Of a DNA stretch of 64,000 nucleotides, positions 46,566 to 54,934 are shown in pieces; within the stretch, counting starts at the first letter, position 1, and each line of letters begins with the position of its first letter. Location: contig CAIMWE010000025.1 in NCBI GenBank assembly GCA_903845115.1, forward strand, positions 26,751-90,750, given 5' to 3'. A model generated the notes under the pieces. It did not search any database, had not been told where the DNA came from, and was given only the letters and a program-made list of their open reading frames with translations. The position numbers and the translations under genes were made by a program. This stretch comes from an uncultured Acidobacteriota bacterium (lineage in GTDB: Bacteria > Acidobacteriota > Thermoanaerobaculia > UBA5066).

Positions 46566-47236
46566 TCGTTCCCTTTCACGAGGACGAGCACGGGCGTTCC
46601 GGCGGCGGGAGGCGTCGCGTGGACCGGTTCGTCTCTTTCCAGGTCCTCCCATCCGGTCAGCATCGCCTTGAGGTTCGCGGTGACGGTGTGCCCGGTCGTC
46701 ATCAGATAGAGGTGCGCGATGAGGAAGGCCAGGAGGAGAAAGGCGCCCGCCGTGTGGACGAGCGCGATCAGCTCGAGCCCCCCGACGTTCAGCCCGACGA
46801 CCTCGTGCCGGGCCGGATAGCGGTAGAACATGTAGAGCAGGCCGGAGACCGCGACCACGGGGATCACGAGGAGCTTCAGCCCGGCGTACGTCAGCTTCTG
46901 GAGCGGGTTGAGCTTGCTGAGGACCGTCTTCTTCGTCGGGTGCGGGGCGTTCCGGAAGATCCCGAAGAGGTAATAGTCGGCCTGGGCCCGCAGGTTCTTC
47001 CAGGTCGGGACGTACTGGCGCCACTCTCCCGTCGTCGCGTGCCAGAAGATGGCGAAGACGATCAGGACGAGGAACCCCTTCGCCGCCAGGCCGTGGACCC
47101 GCACCGCCTGCTCGAAGCCGAAGAAGCGAATCGACCCGTGGATCTCGAAGCCGGTGACCGCGAGCAGCGCGATCAGGGCTGCCTGGCTCCAGTGCCAGAA
47201 GCGCTCGAACGCCTTGTAGACGTACTGCCTGTTCAT
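46562..47236 (-). CDS. Membrane b-type dihaem cytochrome (PhsC / Ni-Fe hydrogenase cytochrome b family)
   Basis: Four TM helices with conserved His (FWHWSQ, RVHGLA, IFWHATT, LVHTAG, IAHLYLM). It overlaps the octaheme gene stop, which is operon-like. Confidence 0.6.
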   Translation of the reverse strand: MNRQYVYKAFERFWHWSQAALIALLAVTGFEIHGSIRFFGFEQAVRVHGLAAKGFLVLIVFAIFWHATTGEWRQYVPTWKNLRAQADYYLFGIFRNAPHPTKKTVLSKLNPLQKLTYAGLKLLVIPVVAVSGLLYMFYRYPARHEVVGLNVGGLELIALVHTAGAFLLLAFLIAHLYLMTTGHTVTANLKAMLTGWEDLERDEPVHATPPAAGTPVLVLVKGNE

Positions 47237-47237
47237 C

Positions 47238-48803
47238 TCACTCTCCTCCGTTCCGGTGTCCGGCCATGAACCGGGCTCCCCCGTGGACCACGACGCCGAG
47301 AAGGGTCAGGCCGAGCAGGCCCTGGCCGATCCCGTCCAGCCACCCCTTGCGGTCCCGGCCCGGCATGTAGAAGCCCTTCAGCGCCGCGAGCCGTCCCTTT
47401 TCCCTCGTGTGGCACTCGTTGCACCGGACGGTCTCCGCCTTCGGCGACACCATGTGGTTGAGGGGCCAGCTCATCTCCGTGCTCGCGAATCCGTAGCTTC
47501 CGCTGTAAGGGAGGTCGATCTCGTGCATCCCCGCGATCGCCGCCTTGTTCCAGTCGAATTCGCCCCAGAAGCCGCCGTCACCCGGTGTGGACGAGTAGAG
47601 CTTCGGCTGGATGACGTACGAGTACTTCGTGTCGTAGATCTGGCGGCCACGGTGGACCTTGACCGGGATGATCTTGGAGTCGGGGTCGTCGTAGGCCCCG
47701 TGCAGCTCGTTCATCCTGAGGGGCACCGACGGGTCGAACTTCTCCCCGACGAGGTAGTGCGAGGCAGTGCCGTTGAACCAGGCGTATTCCGGCTGGACGT
47801 TCGTGCCCCAGACGAACGAACCCTTGATCGACATGTAGACGTCCGTCCCCTTTGCGTCCTTTTCCTCGTATGGCTTTCCGTCCCTGAGCTTCCCCGCGGT
47901 CGACCAGTCCCAGACGAGCTTGGTCGGGTTGACCTTGGCGTACCTGGGGATGTGACAGGCCTGACAGGCCACCTTGTAGCCGTGGTCGTTCAGGACGTCG
48001 TCTGCGTGGGGCATTCCCGAGTGGCACGTCTCGCACTCCACGCGGTTCCGGTTCATGGAGGAGATCGAGTAGGCCTTGCCGAGGATCTGGTGCTTCTCGG
48101 CGGTGTGGCAGTCGACGCACTGCAGGTCCACGCCGTCCGAGCCCATGTGGACGTCCACCTCGCGGGAGGGGTCGAACTGGGCCTTCTCGAGGTCCCCGTG
48201 CTTGACGTTGTTCCCACCGCCGCCGAAGAAGTGGCAGGTCCCGCAGTTGGTCCGGGTCGGCTTCCCCACGTGCTGGGCGACGTTCGCGAGGTCGATGCCG
48301 GAGTCGGGCATCCCCGCCCCGCCCGATTTCTTCACGTAGGTCGAGGTTCCGTCGTGGCAGGCGAGACAGTCGACGTTCAGCGGATCCTTGAAGTCGAAGT
48401 TCGCGTCCCCCCAGCCGTACCCGATGTGGCACTTGTTGCAGCTGGCCTCGCTCCCGGAGATCCCGATACAGAAGTTGTTCAGGACGTTCTTCTTCCCGAC
48501 CGGGCGAATCCCCTTCCCCTCGACGTACTCGCTCCGCTCCCAGTTCCAGTGGGTCGAGGCCATCACCTCGACCTGCCTCCCGTTGTGGCAGGAGATGCAG
48601 GCCGCGGTCACGTCCTGGGGCCGCTTGAACGGCGCCTTCAGCTGGGCGAACTTGGAGTGGTCCACCGACGGCTTCGCCTTCTTGGCGAGGTGCTGCTTCA
48701 GCTCCTCGAGCGGCGTCAGCTCTCGTCCCGGACGCCGCAACGCGACGAAGACCATGCCCCCAAGGGCCCCGATCAAGAGCAGCGAGAACAGTATGCGTTT
48801 CAT
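47238..48803 (-). CDS. Octaheme c-type cytochrome, octaheme tetrathionate reductase (OTR) family
   Basis: Signal/anchor MKRILFSLLLIGALGGMVFVAL. Eight CxxCH motifs (CISCH, CNKCH, CLACH, CGTCH, CVDCH, CETCH, CQACH, CNECH). About 520 aa with a C-terminal hydrophobic helix. Confidence 0.7.
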   Translation of the reverse strand: MKRILFSLLLIGALGGMVFVALRRPGRELTPLEELKQHLAKKAKPSVDHSKFAQLKAPFKRPQDVTAACISCHNGRQVEVMASTHWNWERSEYVEGKGIRPVGKKNVLNNFCIGISGSEASCNKCHIGYGWGDANFDFKDPLNVDCLACHDGTSTYVKKSGGAGMPDSGIDLANVAQHVGKPTRTNCGTCHFFGGGGNNVKHGDLEKAQFDPSREVDVHMGSDGVDLQCVDCHTAEKHQILGKAYSISSMNRNRVECETCHSGMPHADDVLNDHGYKVACQACHIPRYAKVNPTKLVWDWSTAGKLRDGKPYEEKDAKGTDVYMSIKGSFVWGTNVQPEYAWFNGTASHYLVGEKFDPSVPLRMNELHGAYDDPDSKIIPVKVHRGRQIYDTKYSYVIQPKLYSSTPGDGGFWGEFDWNKAAIAGMHEIDLPYSGSYGFASTEMSWPLNHMVSPKAETVRCNECHTREKGRLAALKGFYMPGRDRKGWLDGIGQGLLGLTLLGVVVHGGARFMAGHRNGGE

Positions 48804-48916
48804 GACTCCATCCCCTCGAATCGCCTCGGTCAGTTCGATCCTCGAGCGACGGGCCTAGGTCCCCTGCCCGGCGCCCGCCAGGGGCTCTCCCCTTCCTAGA
48901 CGACGCAACCCTCCCA

Positions 48917-48934
48917 TTTCAAGAACGGGGCCAG
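48917..48934 (-). promoter_or_regulatory. Sigma54-like motif TGGCCC-N5-TTGAAA upstream of the octaheme-cytochrome operon
   Basis: The reverse complement is GCTGGCCCCGTTCTTGAAAT, nearly identical to the psrA-upstream motif and about 115 nt upstream of the ATG. Further upstream an inverted repeat CGCGACA-GAG-TGTCGCG (48998-49014) within a tandem AGAGTGTCGCGA repeat could be an activator site. Confidence 0.3.
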
Positions 48935-49102
48935 CCGCGGATCAGCAGGAACAGCGAGGCCGCGGCCACCCGACGTCCGATCCGGCCGCCAGAGTGTCGC
49001 GACAGAGTGTCGCGAACAGAACGCTTCGCTCTTCTCCGAGGCCCCTGCAGCGGCGAACCGGCCTCGCGAAGAGCCCTCGGCTCGGGAACCGAGCCCGGCG
49101 GC

Positions 49103-49495
49103 CTAATGCCCCCCGCAGGTGCCTCCGTGCGAATGGCTCCCATGGCCTGCGCAGGCCGACTCCGCGCCCAGCAGCGTTTTCTCCCCGGATACGAGCGAGG
49201 CCAGACAGGCCCTAACCGTCGGGCCGGTCCCGCGAATCACCTGGATCCCGGCGGCCTGGAGCCGCTGGAGGGCCCCACCGCCAATCCCGCCGACGACGCA
49301 GGCGTCCACGGTCCGGTCCCGGAACGCGTCGAGGGGGCGGCAAGCCCCGTGCTCGTGAGCCTCCGAGGCGCGGGGCACGAACTCTGCTCCGCCAGTTTCG
49401 GTGTCGATGAAGAGGAAGCCGGGCGCGGAGCCGAAATGTCCCGAGAGCGGGCTGTCGAGACCTGCATCACTGGTGACGGGGAAGCAAATGTTCAT
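49103..49495 (-). CDS. NifX/NifB-type dinitrogenase FeMo-cofactor-binding domain protein (PF02579 family) with Cys/His-rich tail
   Basis: ...DSPLSGHFGSAPGFLFID...VDACVVGGIGGGALQRLQAAGIQV matches the NifX/NafY/DUF fold. The tail is CAGHGSHSHGGTCGGH. Confidence 0.55.
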   Translation of the reverse strand: MNICFPVTSDAGLDSPLSGHFGSAPGFLFIDTETGGAEFVPRASEAHEHGACRPLDAFRDRTVDACVVGGIGGGALQRLQAAGIQVIRGTGPTVRACLASLVSGEKTLLGAESACAGHGSHSHGGTCGGH

Positions 49496-49680
49496 GGATC
49501 GATTCTCCCATTCGGGCGCTCCGGTTCACCGGGTGCCCCTGGCAGCCTGCTTGCAAGAAGCGGTCCGGACCCCTGTCTTTCTCGTCGGGTACTCGTCTCG
49601 AAAACGGAACTGACCCGCTCTTCGCCGGAGCGCCGGGCCACCCTTGGTAATAAGATTCCACCGAATATGGAGGGTTGATC

Positions 49681-50586
49681 ATGCGTAAAGGAATCGTCGT
49701 CCTTGCCCTGGCGCTGCTCGCCGCCACCGTTCCCCTCTTTGCCGCGCCCAATCCGGCGGTCGTCAGCCCGGCCTGGCTCGCGGAGAAGCTCGCCGCCCCG
49801 GGGAGCATCGCCATCCTCGACGCCCGTCCGTCCTTGAAGGCCTATCTCGAGGGCCACATTCCGGGAGCCCAGCCGCTCGTGGTCGAAAACCTCCGTTCTT
49901 CGTCCGGCGGGGTCGCGGCGACGCTCTATCCGTGGGACACGTTGCATCTCGCCATTCACCGGCTCGGCCTGGGACCCCAGACTCCCGTCGTCGTTTACGC
50001 CGAGGAGAGCGACGTCGACGCGACCTACGTGGCCGTCATCCTCAGGATCTGTGGTCTTTCCGACGTCTCGATCCTCGACGGCGGATTCGAGCGGTGGGAG
50101 GCGGAAAAGCGGCCGGTGACGAAGGAGCGGAAGCTCGTCCCGGTCTCGACGGACAAGCTGGTGCCCGATAGCAAGGCGCTCATCCCGATGAGCGAGGTCC
50201 TCGCGGCGGTGGAGAAGAAGAGCGCTCTCCTGATCGACCTCCGGCCACCCGCTCTGTACGCGGCCGGACACATCCCCGGAGCCAAGAGCCGGTTCTGGAT
50301 GAAGGACGTCGTTCCGGTCGGCCAGCCTAACGCGGGCTCGTTCCGGAACGAAGCCGAGATCAAGGCGGAGCTCGAGGCTCTCGGCGCGACGAAGGAGACC
50401 CCGATCATCGTCTATTGCACCACCGGACATCAGGCGTCCGAGGGTTTCTACACCTTGAAATACCGGTTCAATCACCCGAACGTCAGGATCTACAACGGCT
50501 CGTGGCTCGAATGGTCGATCACCCCCGGAACGCCGAAGGAGAAGGACCCGGCGCCGGCGACGCCGCCGCCTCCCCCGGCGAAATAG
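49681..50586 (+). CDS. Periplasmic thiosulfate sulfurtransferase (tandem rhodanese domains)
   Basis: GGAGGG RBS sits 6 nt before ATG 49681. Signal peptide MRKGIVVLALALLAATVPLFA. Active-site loop CTTGHQAS. Two rhodanese repeats. Confidence 0.8.
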   Translation: MRKGIVVLALALLAATVPLFAAPNPAVVSPAWLAEKLAAPGSIAILDARPSLKAYLEGHIPGAQPLVVENLRSSSGGVAATLYPWDTLHLAIHRLGLGPQTPVVVYAEESDVDATYVAVILRICGLSDVSILDGGFERWEAEKRPVTKERKLVPVSTDKLVPDSKALIPMSEVLAAVEKKSALLIDLRPPALYAAGHIPGAKSRFWMKDVVPVGQPNAGSFRNEAEIKAELEALGATKETPIIVYCTTGHQASEGFYTLKYRFNHPNVRIYNGSWLEWSITPGTPKEKDPAPATPPPPPAK

Positions 50587-50628
50587 GCGACGGCCCCAGT
50601 TCCTGACGGCCTGAAGAGCCGGCACATT

Positions 50629-50668
50629 CCGGACGGCGGCCCAGCAACGCCGCCGTCCGGTCGCTTTG
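50629..50668 (+). terminator. Intrinsic terminator after the rhodanese gene
   Basis: ccggacggcggc-ccagcaac-gccgccgtccgg (12-bp perfect GC-rich stem) followed by tcgctttgaa. Confidence 0.5.
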
Positions 50669-50697
50669 AAAGAGATCACTCGTGTAAGGAGAAGCCG

Positions 50698-51024
50698 ATG
50701 ACTAGACACGTTGCGTCCGCCATCGCCCTGGTCGTGGTCCTGCTGCTCGGGACTGCCGCGGCTTTCGCCGCCGCGCCGCCGACCAACGGCAAGGTCGTCG
50801 CCGTCGAGGCTGGCGTCGTCAAGATCGCGATCGAGGGCGAGAAGCCTGCCTGGGTCAAGAAGGAGGCGCCGGTGAAGTTCAAGGACGGCGTCGGAAAGAT
50901 CCTGGAAATTTCAGCCGAGGGGACAACGCCCGTCGTCATCACGGTCAAGACCAAGAAGGCCGCCTCGATGAAGGCGGGAGAAGCCATCACCTTCGAGAAG
51001 GGGAAACCGATGGCGGGCTGCTAG
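50698..51024 (+). CDS. Small exported protein of unknown function ending in -MAGC
   Basis: AGGAGAAG RBS. Signal peptide MTRHVASAIALVVVLLLGTAAAFAA. Lys-rich beta-type sequence. C-terminal Cys. Confidence 0.4.
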   Translation: MTRHVASAIALVVVLLLGTAAAFAAAPPTNGKVVAVEAGVVKIAIEGEKPAWVKKEAPVKFKDGVGKILEISAEGTTPVVITVKTKKAASMKAGEAITFEKGKPMAGC

Positions 51025-51156
51025 AGACCGAATAGTCTCTGTAATCGTCGGCCGTGGGCCCCCGGGCCGCCGGTCTCCCCCCGTGATCAGGGGAGGCCGG
51101 CTCCGGGGCCTGCGCCGGACCGGCGGTTCCCCTTGAGCGGCAGCGAGGTCGTCACG

Positions 51157-53361
51157 ATGAAGAGCGACATCACCCGGAGGCGTTTTCTAGAGACCGCCGC
51201 CACCCTGGGCGCCGGAGCCGTCGCGATGCCGGCGGCGGCCGGTCCAAAGACCCAGCAGCCTGGATGGCGCGGCTCCGCACGGGTGGAAAAGATCGCCACG
51301 ACCTGCGAGCTGTGCTTCTGGCGGTGCGGCGTCCTGGCCTCCGTGGCGGACGGCAAGGTGGTCCGGGTCGAGGGGAACCCGGAGCATCCCCAGAACCTGG
51401 GCCGCCTCTGCGCCCGGGGAAACGCCGGGACGGGCCTTCTCTACGACCCGGATCGGCTGAAGACTCCCCTGCTGCGGGACGGCCCGCGCGGCGAAGGGCG
51501 CTTCCGGCCCGTCGGCTGGAACGAGGCCCTCGATTTCCTGGCCGAGAAGCTCGTGAAGCTCCGGAAGGAGCACGGCCCGGAGAGCGTCGCCTTCTTCCCC
51601 CACGGGAACGGGGCCCGTTTCTTCAGCACGCTCATGCGCGCGTACGGCACGCCGAACAGCGCCGAGCCTTCCTTCGCCCAGTGCCGAGGGCCGAGAGAGG
51701 TCGGCTACAACCTCACCTTCGGCCAGCCGCTCGGGTCGCCCGAGCCGGTCGACCTGGAGGAGGCCCGCGTCGTCGTCCTGATCGGAAGCCACCTGGGCGA
51801 GAACGTCTTCACCTCCCAGATCACCGCCTTCGCAACGGGACTCTCGCGCGGGGCGAAGCTGATCGCGGTCGACCCCCGCTTCTCGACCGCCGCGTCGAAG
51901 GCCGACTGGTGGCTGCCGATCCGGCCGGGAACCGACATCGCGCTCCTGCTCGCCTGGATGAACGTCCTGATCTCCGAGAACCTGTACGACAAGGGTTACA
52001 TCGATTCGTACGCCGCCGGGTTCGACCAGCTGGCGACGCACGTCCGGGAGTTCACGCCGGAGTGGGCCGAGCCGATCACCGAGATCCCCTCGGCGAAGAT
52101 CCGGGAGACGGCGCGGGCCATGGGCGCGGCGAAGCCGGCGGTGGCCATTCACCCCGGCAGGCACGTCACCTGGTACGGCGACGACACCCAGCGCGCCCGG
52201 GCAATGGCGATCCTCACGGCCCTCCTGGGTAGCTGGGGACGGAAGGGCGGCATCTTCCTGCCCACCCCGATCGACCGCGGGAGCTTCGACCTGCCGGATT
52301 TCCCCGAGCCGAAGCGGGGCCGGGCCGACGGCGCCGGGACCCGCTTCCCGCTGGCTCCCGAGGAGCTGGGGGTCACCAACGGCCTGATCGACGCCACCCT
52401 GTCGGGGGACCCCTACCCGCTCAAGGCCTGGATCGTCTACGGACAGAACATGCTCGAGAGCATCCCGCAGCCGGCCCGGACGGTCGAGGCGATCGGGAAG
52501 CTGGACCTGATGGTCGTCGTCGACGTCCTGCCCGTCGACCAGATCCGGTACGCGGACCTGGTGCTCCCGGAAGCGACGTACCTCGAGCGCTACGACCCGC
52601 CGACGATCGTGGAGTCCGCCAAGCGACCGTTCATCGCGGTCCGCTCTCCGGCCTGCGAGCCGCTCTTCGAGTCCAAGCCAGGGTGGTGGATCGCCCGGGA
52701 GATGGCGAAGCGGCTCGACCTGCTGGCGTACTTCCCGTGGGAGACGCCCGAGCAGCATCTCGAGAAGATCCTGGCCCCCACCGGGATCAACGCGAAGCAG
52801 CTCCTGAACTGCGGCGCCGTCTCCTTCCCGGGCAAGCCGTACCTCGAGGACCGCTCCCCGGACGAGCGCTCCTTCGGCACGGCGAGCGGGAAGATCGAGC
52901 TCTACTCGCAGGAGCTCGCCGACCATCACGCGGACCCGATGCCCCGGTACACGGCGCCCTCCCTTCCGCCGAAGGGATTCCTGCGGCTGATCTACGGACG
53001 AGCCCCCGTCCACTCCTTCGCCCGGAGCCAGAACAACGAGGCCCTCTCCGCTCTGATGAACGAGAACGAGGTGTGGCTGCACACGAGCTCCGCGCTCGCG
53101 ACCGGCGTGAAGGACGGCGAGCGGGTCGTCCTGGAGAACGGCGACGGCGTGCGGAGCAGTCCGGTCCGGGTCCGGGTGACGGAGGGGATCCGGAACGACT
53201 GCGCCTACATGGTTCACGGCTTCGGCCAGCAGTCCAAAGCCCTGCGGCGAGCCCACGGACGGGGCGCTTCCGACAATTCGCTGATGAGCCGCGTGAGCGT
53301 GGACCCGCTCACGGGCGGGACCGGGATGCGCGTCAACTTCGTGCGCCCCGTCCGGGCCTGA
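51157..53361 (+). CDS. Tat-exported molybdopterin oxidoreductase catalytic subunit (second PsrA/PhsA-family paralog)
   Basis: Tat signal MKSDITRRRFLETAATLGAGAVA, CELCFWRCG, and MopB domains collinear with 40966..43179. Confidence 0.85.
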   Translation: MKSDITRRRFLETAATLGAGAVAMPAAAGPKTQQPGWRGSARVEKIATTCELCFWRCGVLASVADGKVVRVEGNPEHPQNLGRLCARGNAGTGLLYDPDRLKTPLLRDGPRGEGRFRPVGWNEALDFLAEKLVKLRKEHGPESVAFFPHGNGARFFSTLMRAYGTPNSAEPSFAQCRGPREVGYNLTFGQPLGSPEPVDLEEARVVVLIGSHLGENVFTSQITAFATGLSRGAKLIAVDPRFSTAASKADWWLPIRPGTDIALLLAWMNVLISENLYDKGYIDSYAAGFDQLATHVREFTPEWAEPITEIPSAKIRETARAMGAAKPAVAIHPGRHVTWYGDDTQRARAMAILTALLGSWGRKGGIFLPTPIDRGSFDLPDFPEPKRGRADGAGTRFPLAPEELGVTNGLIDATLSGDPYPLKAWIVYGQNMLESIPQPARTVEAIGKLDLMVVVDVLPVDQIRYADLVLPEATYLERYDPPTIVESAKRPFIAVRSPACEPLFESKPGWWIAREMAKRLDLLAYFPWETPEQHLEKILAPTGINAKQLLNCGAVSFPGKPYLEDRSPDERSFGTASGKIELYSQELADHHADPMPRYTAPSLPPKGFLRLIYGRAPVHSFARSQNNEALSALMNENEVWLHTSSALATGVKDGERVVLENGDGVRSSPVRVRVTEGIRNDCAYMVHGFGQQSKALRRAHGRGASDNSLMSRVSVDPLTGGTGMRVNFVRPVRA

Positions 53362-53374
53362 AGGGAGAAGCCCA

Positions 53375-54106
53375 GTGGCCAGATACGCCATGGTGACGGA
53401 CCTGAGAAAGTGCGTGGCCTGTCACGCCTGCACCGTCGCCTGCAGTGCCGAGTGGAGCGTCCCGGCGGGGCACGCGCGGACTCACGTGAGGACGACACCG
53501 CTCGCCGGCTCGTTTCCGGACCTGAAGTCGAGCCCCCACGTCGGCCAGTGCAACCAGTGCGACCGCCCGCCCTGCGTCGAGCCGTGCCTTTCCGGGGCGA
53601 CGTATCAGGATGCGGCCGGAATCGTCCGGGTGGACGGCGACCTCTGCATCGGCTGCGGCTTCTGCGTCGACGCCTGTCCCTACGAGGCGCGCTTCATCAG
53701 CCCGCTCTCCAGAAAAGTCGACAAGTGCGATTTCTGCCGACCGCGCATCGAGCGGGGAGAAGAGCCCGCGTGCGTGACGACTTGCACGGCCCACGCAAAA
53801 TACTTCGGGGATCTCGAGGACCGGAGCGGCGAGGTGCACCGGATGGTCTTCCACGAGGGAGGCCGGCGGATGGAGACGAAGACCGTCGCCGTCGGCCCGA
53901 ACGTCTTCTATCTCGGCCGGCCGGAGCACCTCGACCTCGTCCTGACGAGCTTCCCACCCCGGCCCCCGCGGCTCCTCACCGCGGGCAAGGCCCTGCAGAA
54001 GCTCGCGTGGCCGCTGGTGGTCGGGGCGGTGGGCGTGAGCCTCCTCGGCCAGGCGGTCGCGTTCTTCAACCAGCTCCACAAGGGGGAGGACGACTTTGAG
54101 GAGTAG
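53375..54106 (+). CDS. 4Fe-4S electron-transfer subunit (PhsB/TtrB-like) with C-terminal TM helix
   Basis: CVACHACTVAC, CNQCDRPPCVEPC, CIGCGFCVDACP and CDFCRPR...CVTTC motifs. Confidence 0.85.
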   Translation: MARYAMVTDLRKCVACHACTVACSAEWSVPAGHARTHVRTTPLAGSFPDLKSSPHVGQCNQCDRPPCVEPCLSGATYQDAAGIVRVDGDLCIGCGFCVDACPYEARFISPLSRKVDKCDFCRPRIERGEEPACVTTCTAHAKYFGDLEDRSGEVHRMVFHEGGRRMETKTVAVGPNVFYLGRPEHLDLVLTSFPPRPPRLLTAGKALQKLAWPLVVGAVGVSLLGQAVAFFNQLHKGEDDFEE

Positions 54107-54920
54107 CGTCGTACCGCTCGTACCGATGCCGCTCTCCCCGGAGCAGGCCGAGGAGATGCTCCAGCGGCGGATCAAGAAGCACCACGTGGCCATCATCCTG
54201 TTGCACTGGTTCAACGCGACGACCTGGATCCTCGAGCTTTCGACCGGAGCCGCCCTCATCTCTTCCCGGCTCTTCAAGGTCGCCCCGGACTGGTACATCG
54301 CGATGTTCAACGGTCTGTTCGGGACGAGGGCCAACCTGCTCCAGTTCCACATCGCCCTCGGCATGACCTGGATCATCGTCTTCCTCCCCTACGGGCTCTT
54401 CGGCTTCCGCACGTACCTCCGCGGCGAGATGCTGAACCTGACCGACCGGGACGACGTGCGCTGGCTGATCGTCCGCACGCTCCGGATCCTCGGGAAGACG
54501 GACGAGCCGCTCCCTCCCCAGGGGATCTACAACGCCGGGCAAAAGGCCTTTTCGATGGTGGTCTGGCTGATGACGCCGGTGGTGATGGTCACAGGGGCCA
54601 TCATGGCGTTCCGGCTCGTCTCCCCGGTATTGGTCGGCTGGGCCGTCGTCCTCCACTTCTTCTCGGTGGGGATGATCGTGGCCGGACTGGTCGTGCACGT
54701 CTACATGGGAGCGGTCTTCCCGGAAGAGAAACCCGCTTTCTTCTCGATGATCACCGGGACCGTCAACGAGCTCTTCGCCTACAACCATCACTTCAAGTGG
54801 TGGAGGGAAATGAAGCTGGCTGAGCAGGCCTGGGAACGCAAGCGCCGGCCGAAGGACGAGGCGGTGATCGCCGATGTTCCGCCGGGCTCGCAGGACACCT
54901 CTTCGGAGCCCCCGGGCTGA
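54096..54920 (+). CDS. Membrane cytochrome b subunit (PhsC-like quinol-interacting anchor)
   Basis: GGGGGAGG RBS precedes TTG 54096. Five TM helices with conserved His (ILLHWFN, QFHIALG, VVLHFFS, VVHVYMG). Confidence 0.65.
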   Translation: MRSSVVPLVPMPLSPEQAEEMLQRRIKKHHVAIILLHWFNATTWILELSTGAALISSRLFKVAPDWYIAMFNGLFGTRANLLQFHIALGMTWIIVFLPYGLFGFRTYLRGEMLNLTDRDDVRWLIVRTLRILGKTDEPLPPQGIYNAGQKAFSMVVWLMTPVVMVTGAIMAFRLVSPVLVGWAVVLHFFSVGMIVAGLVVHVYMGAVFPEEKPAFFSMITGTVNELFAYNHHFKWWREMKLAEQAWERKRRPKDEAVIADVPPGSQDTSSEPPG

Positions 54921-54934
54921 CCTACCATCGCCGG

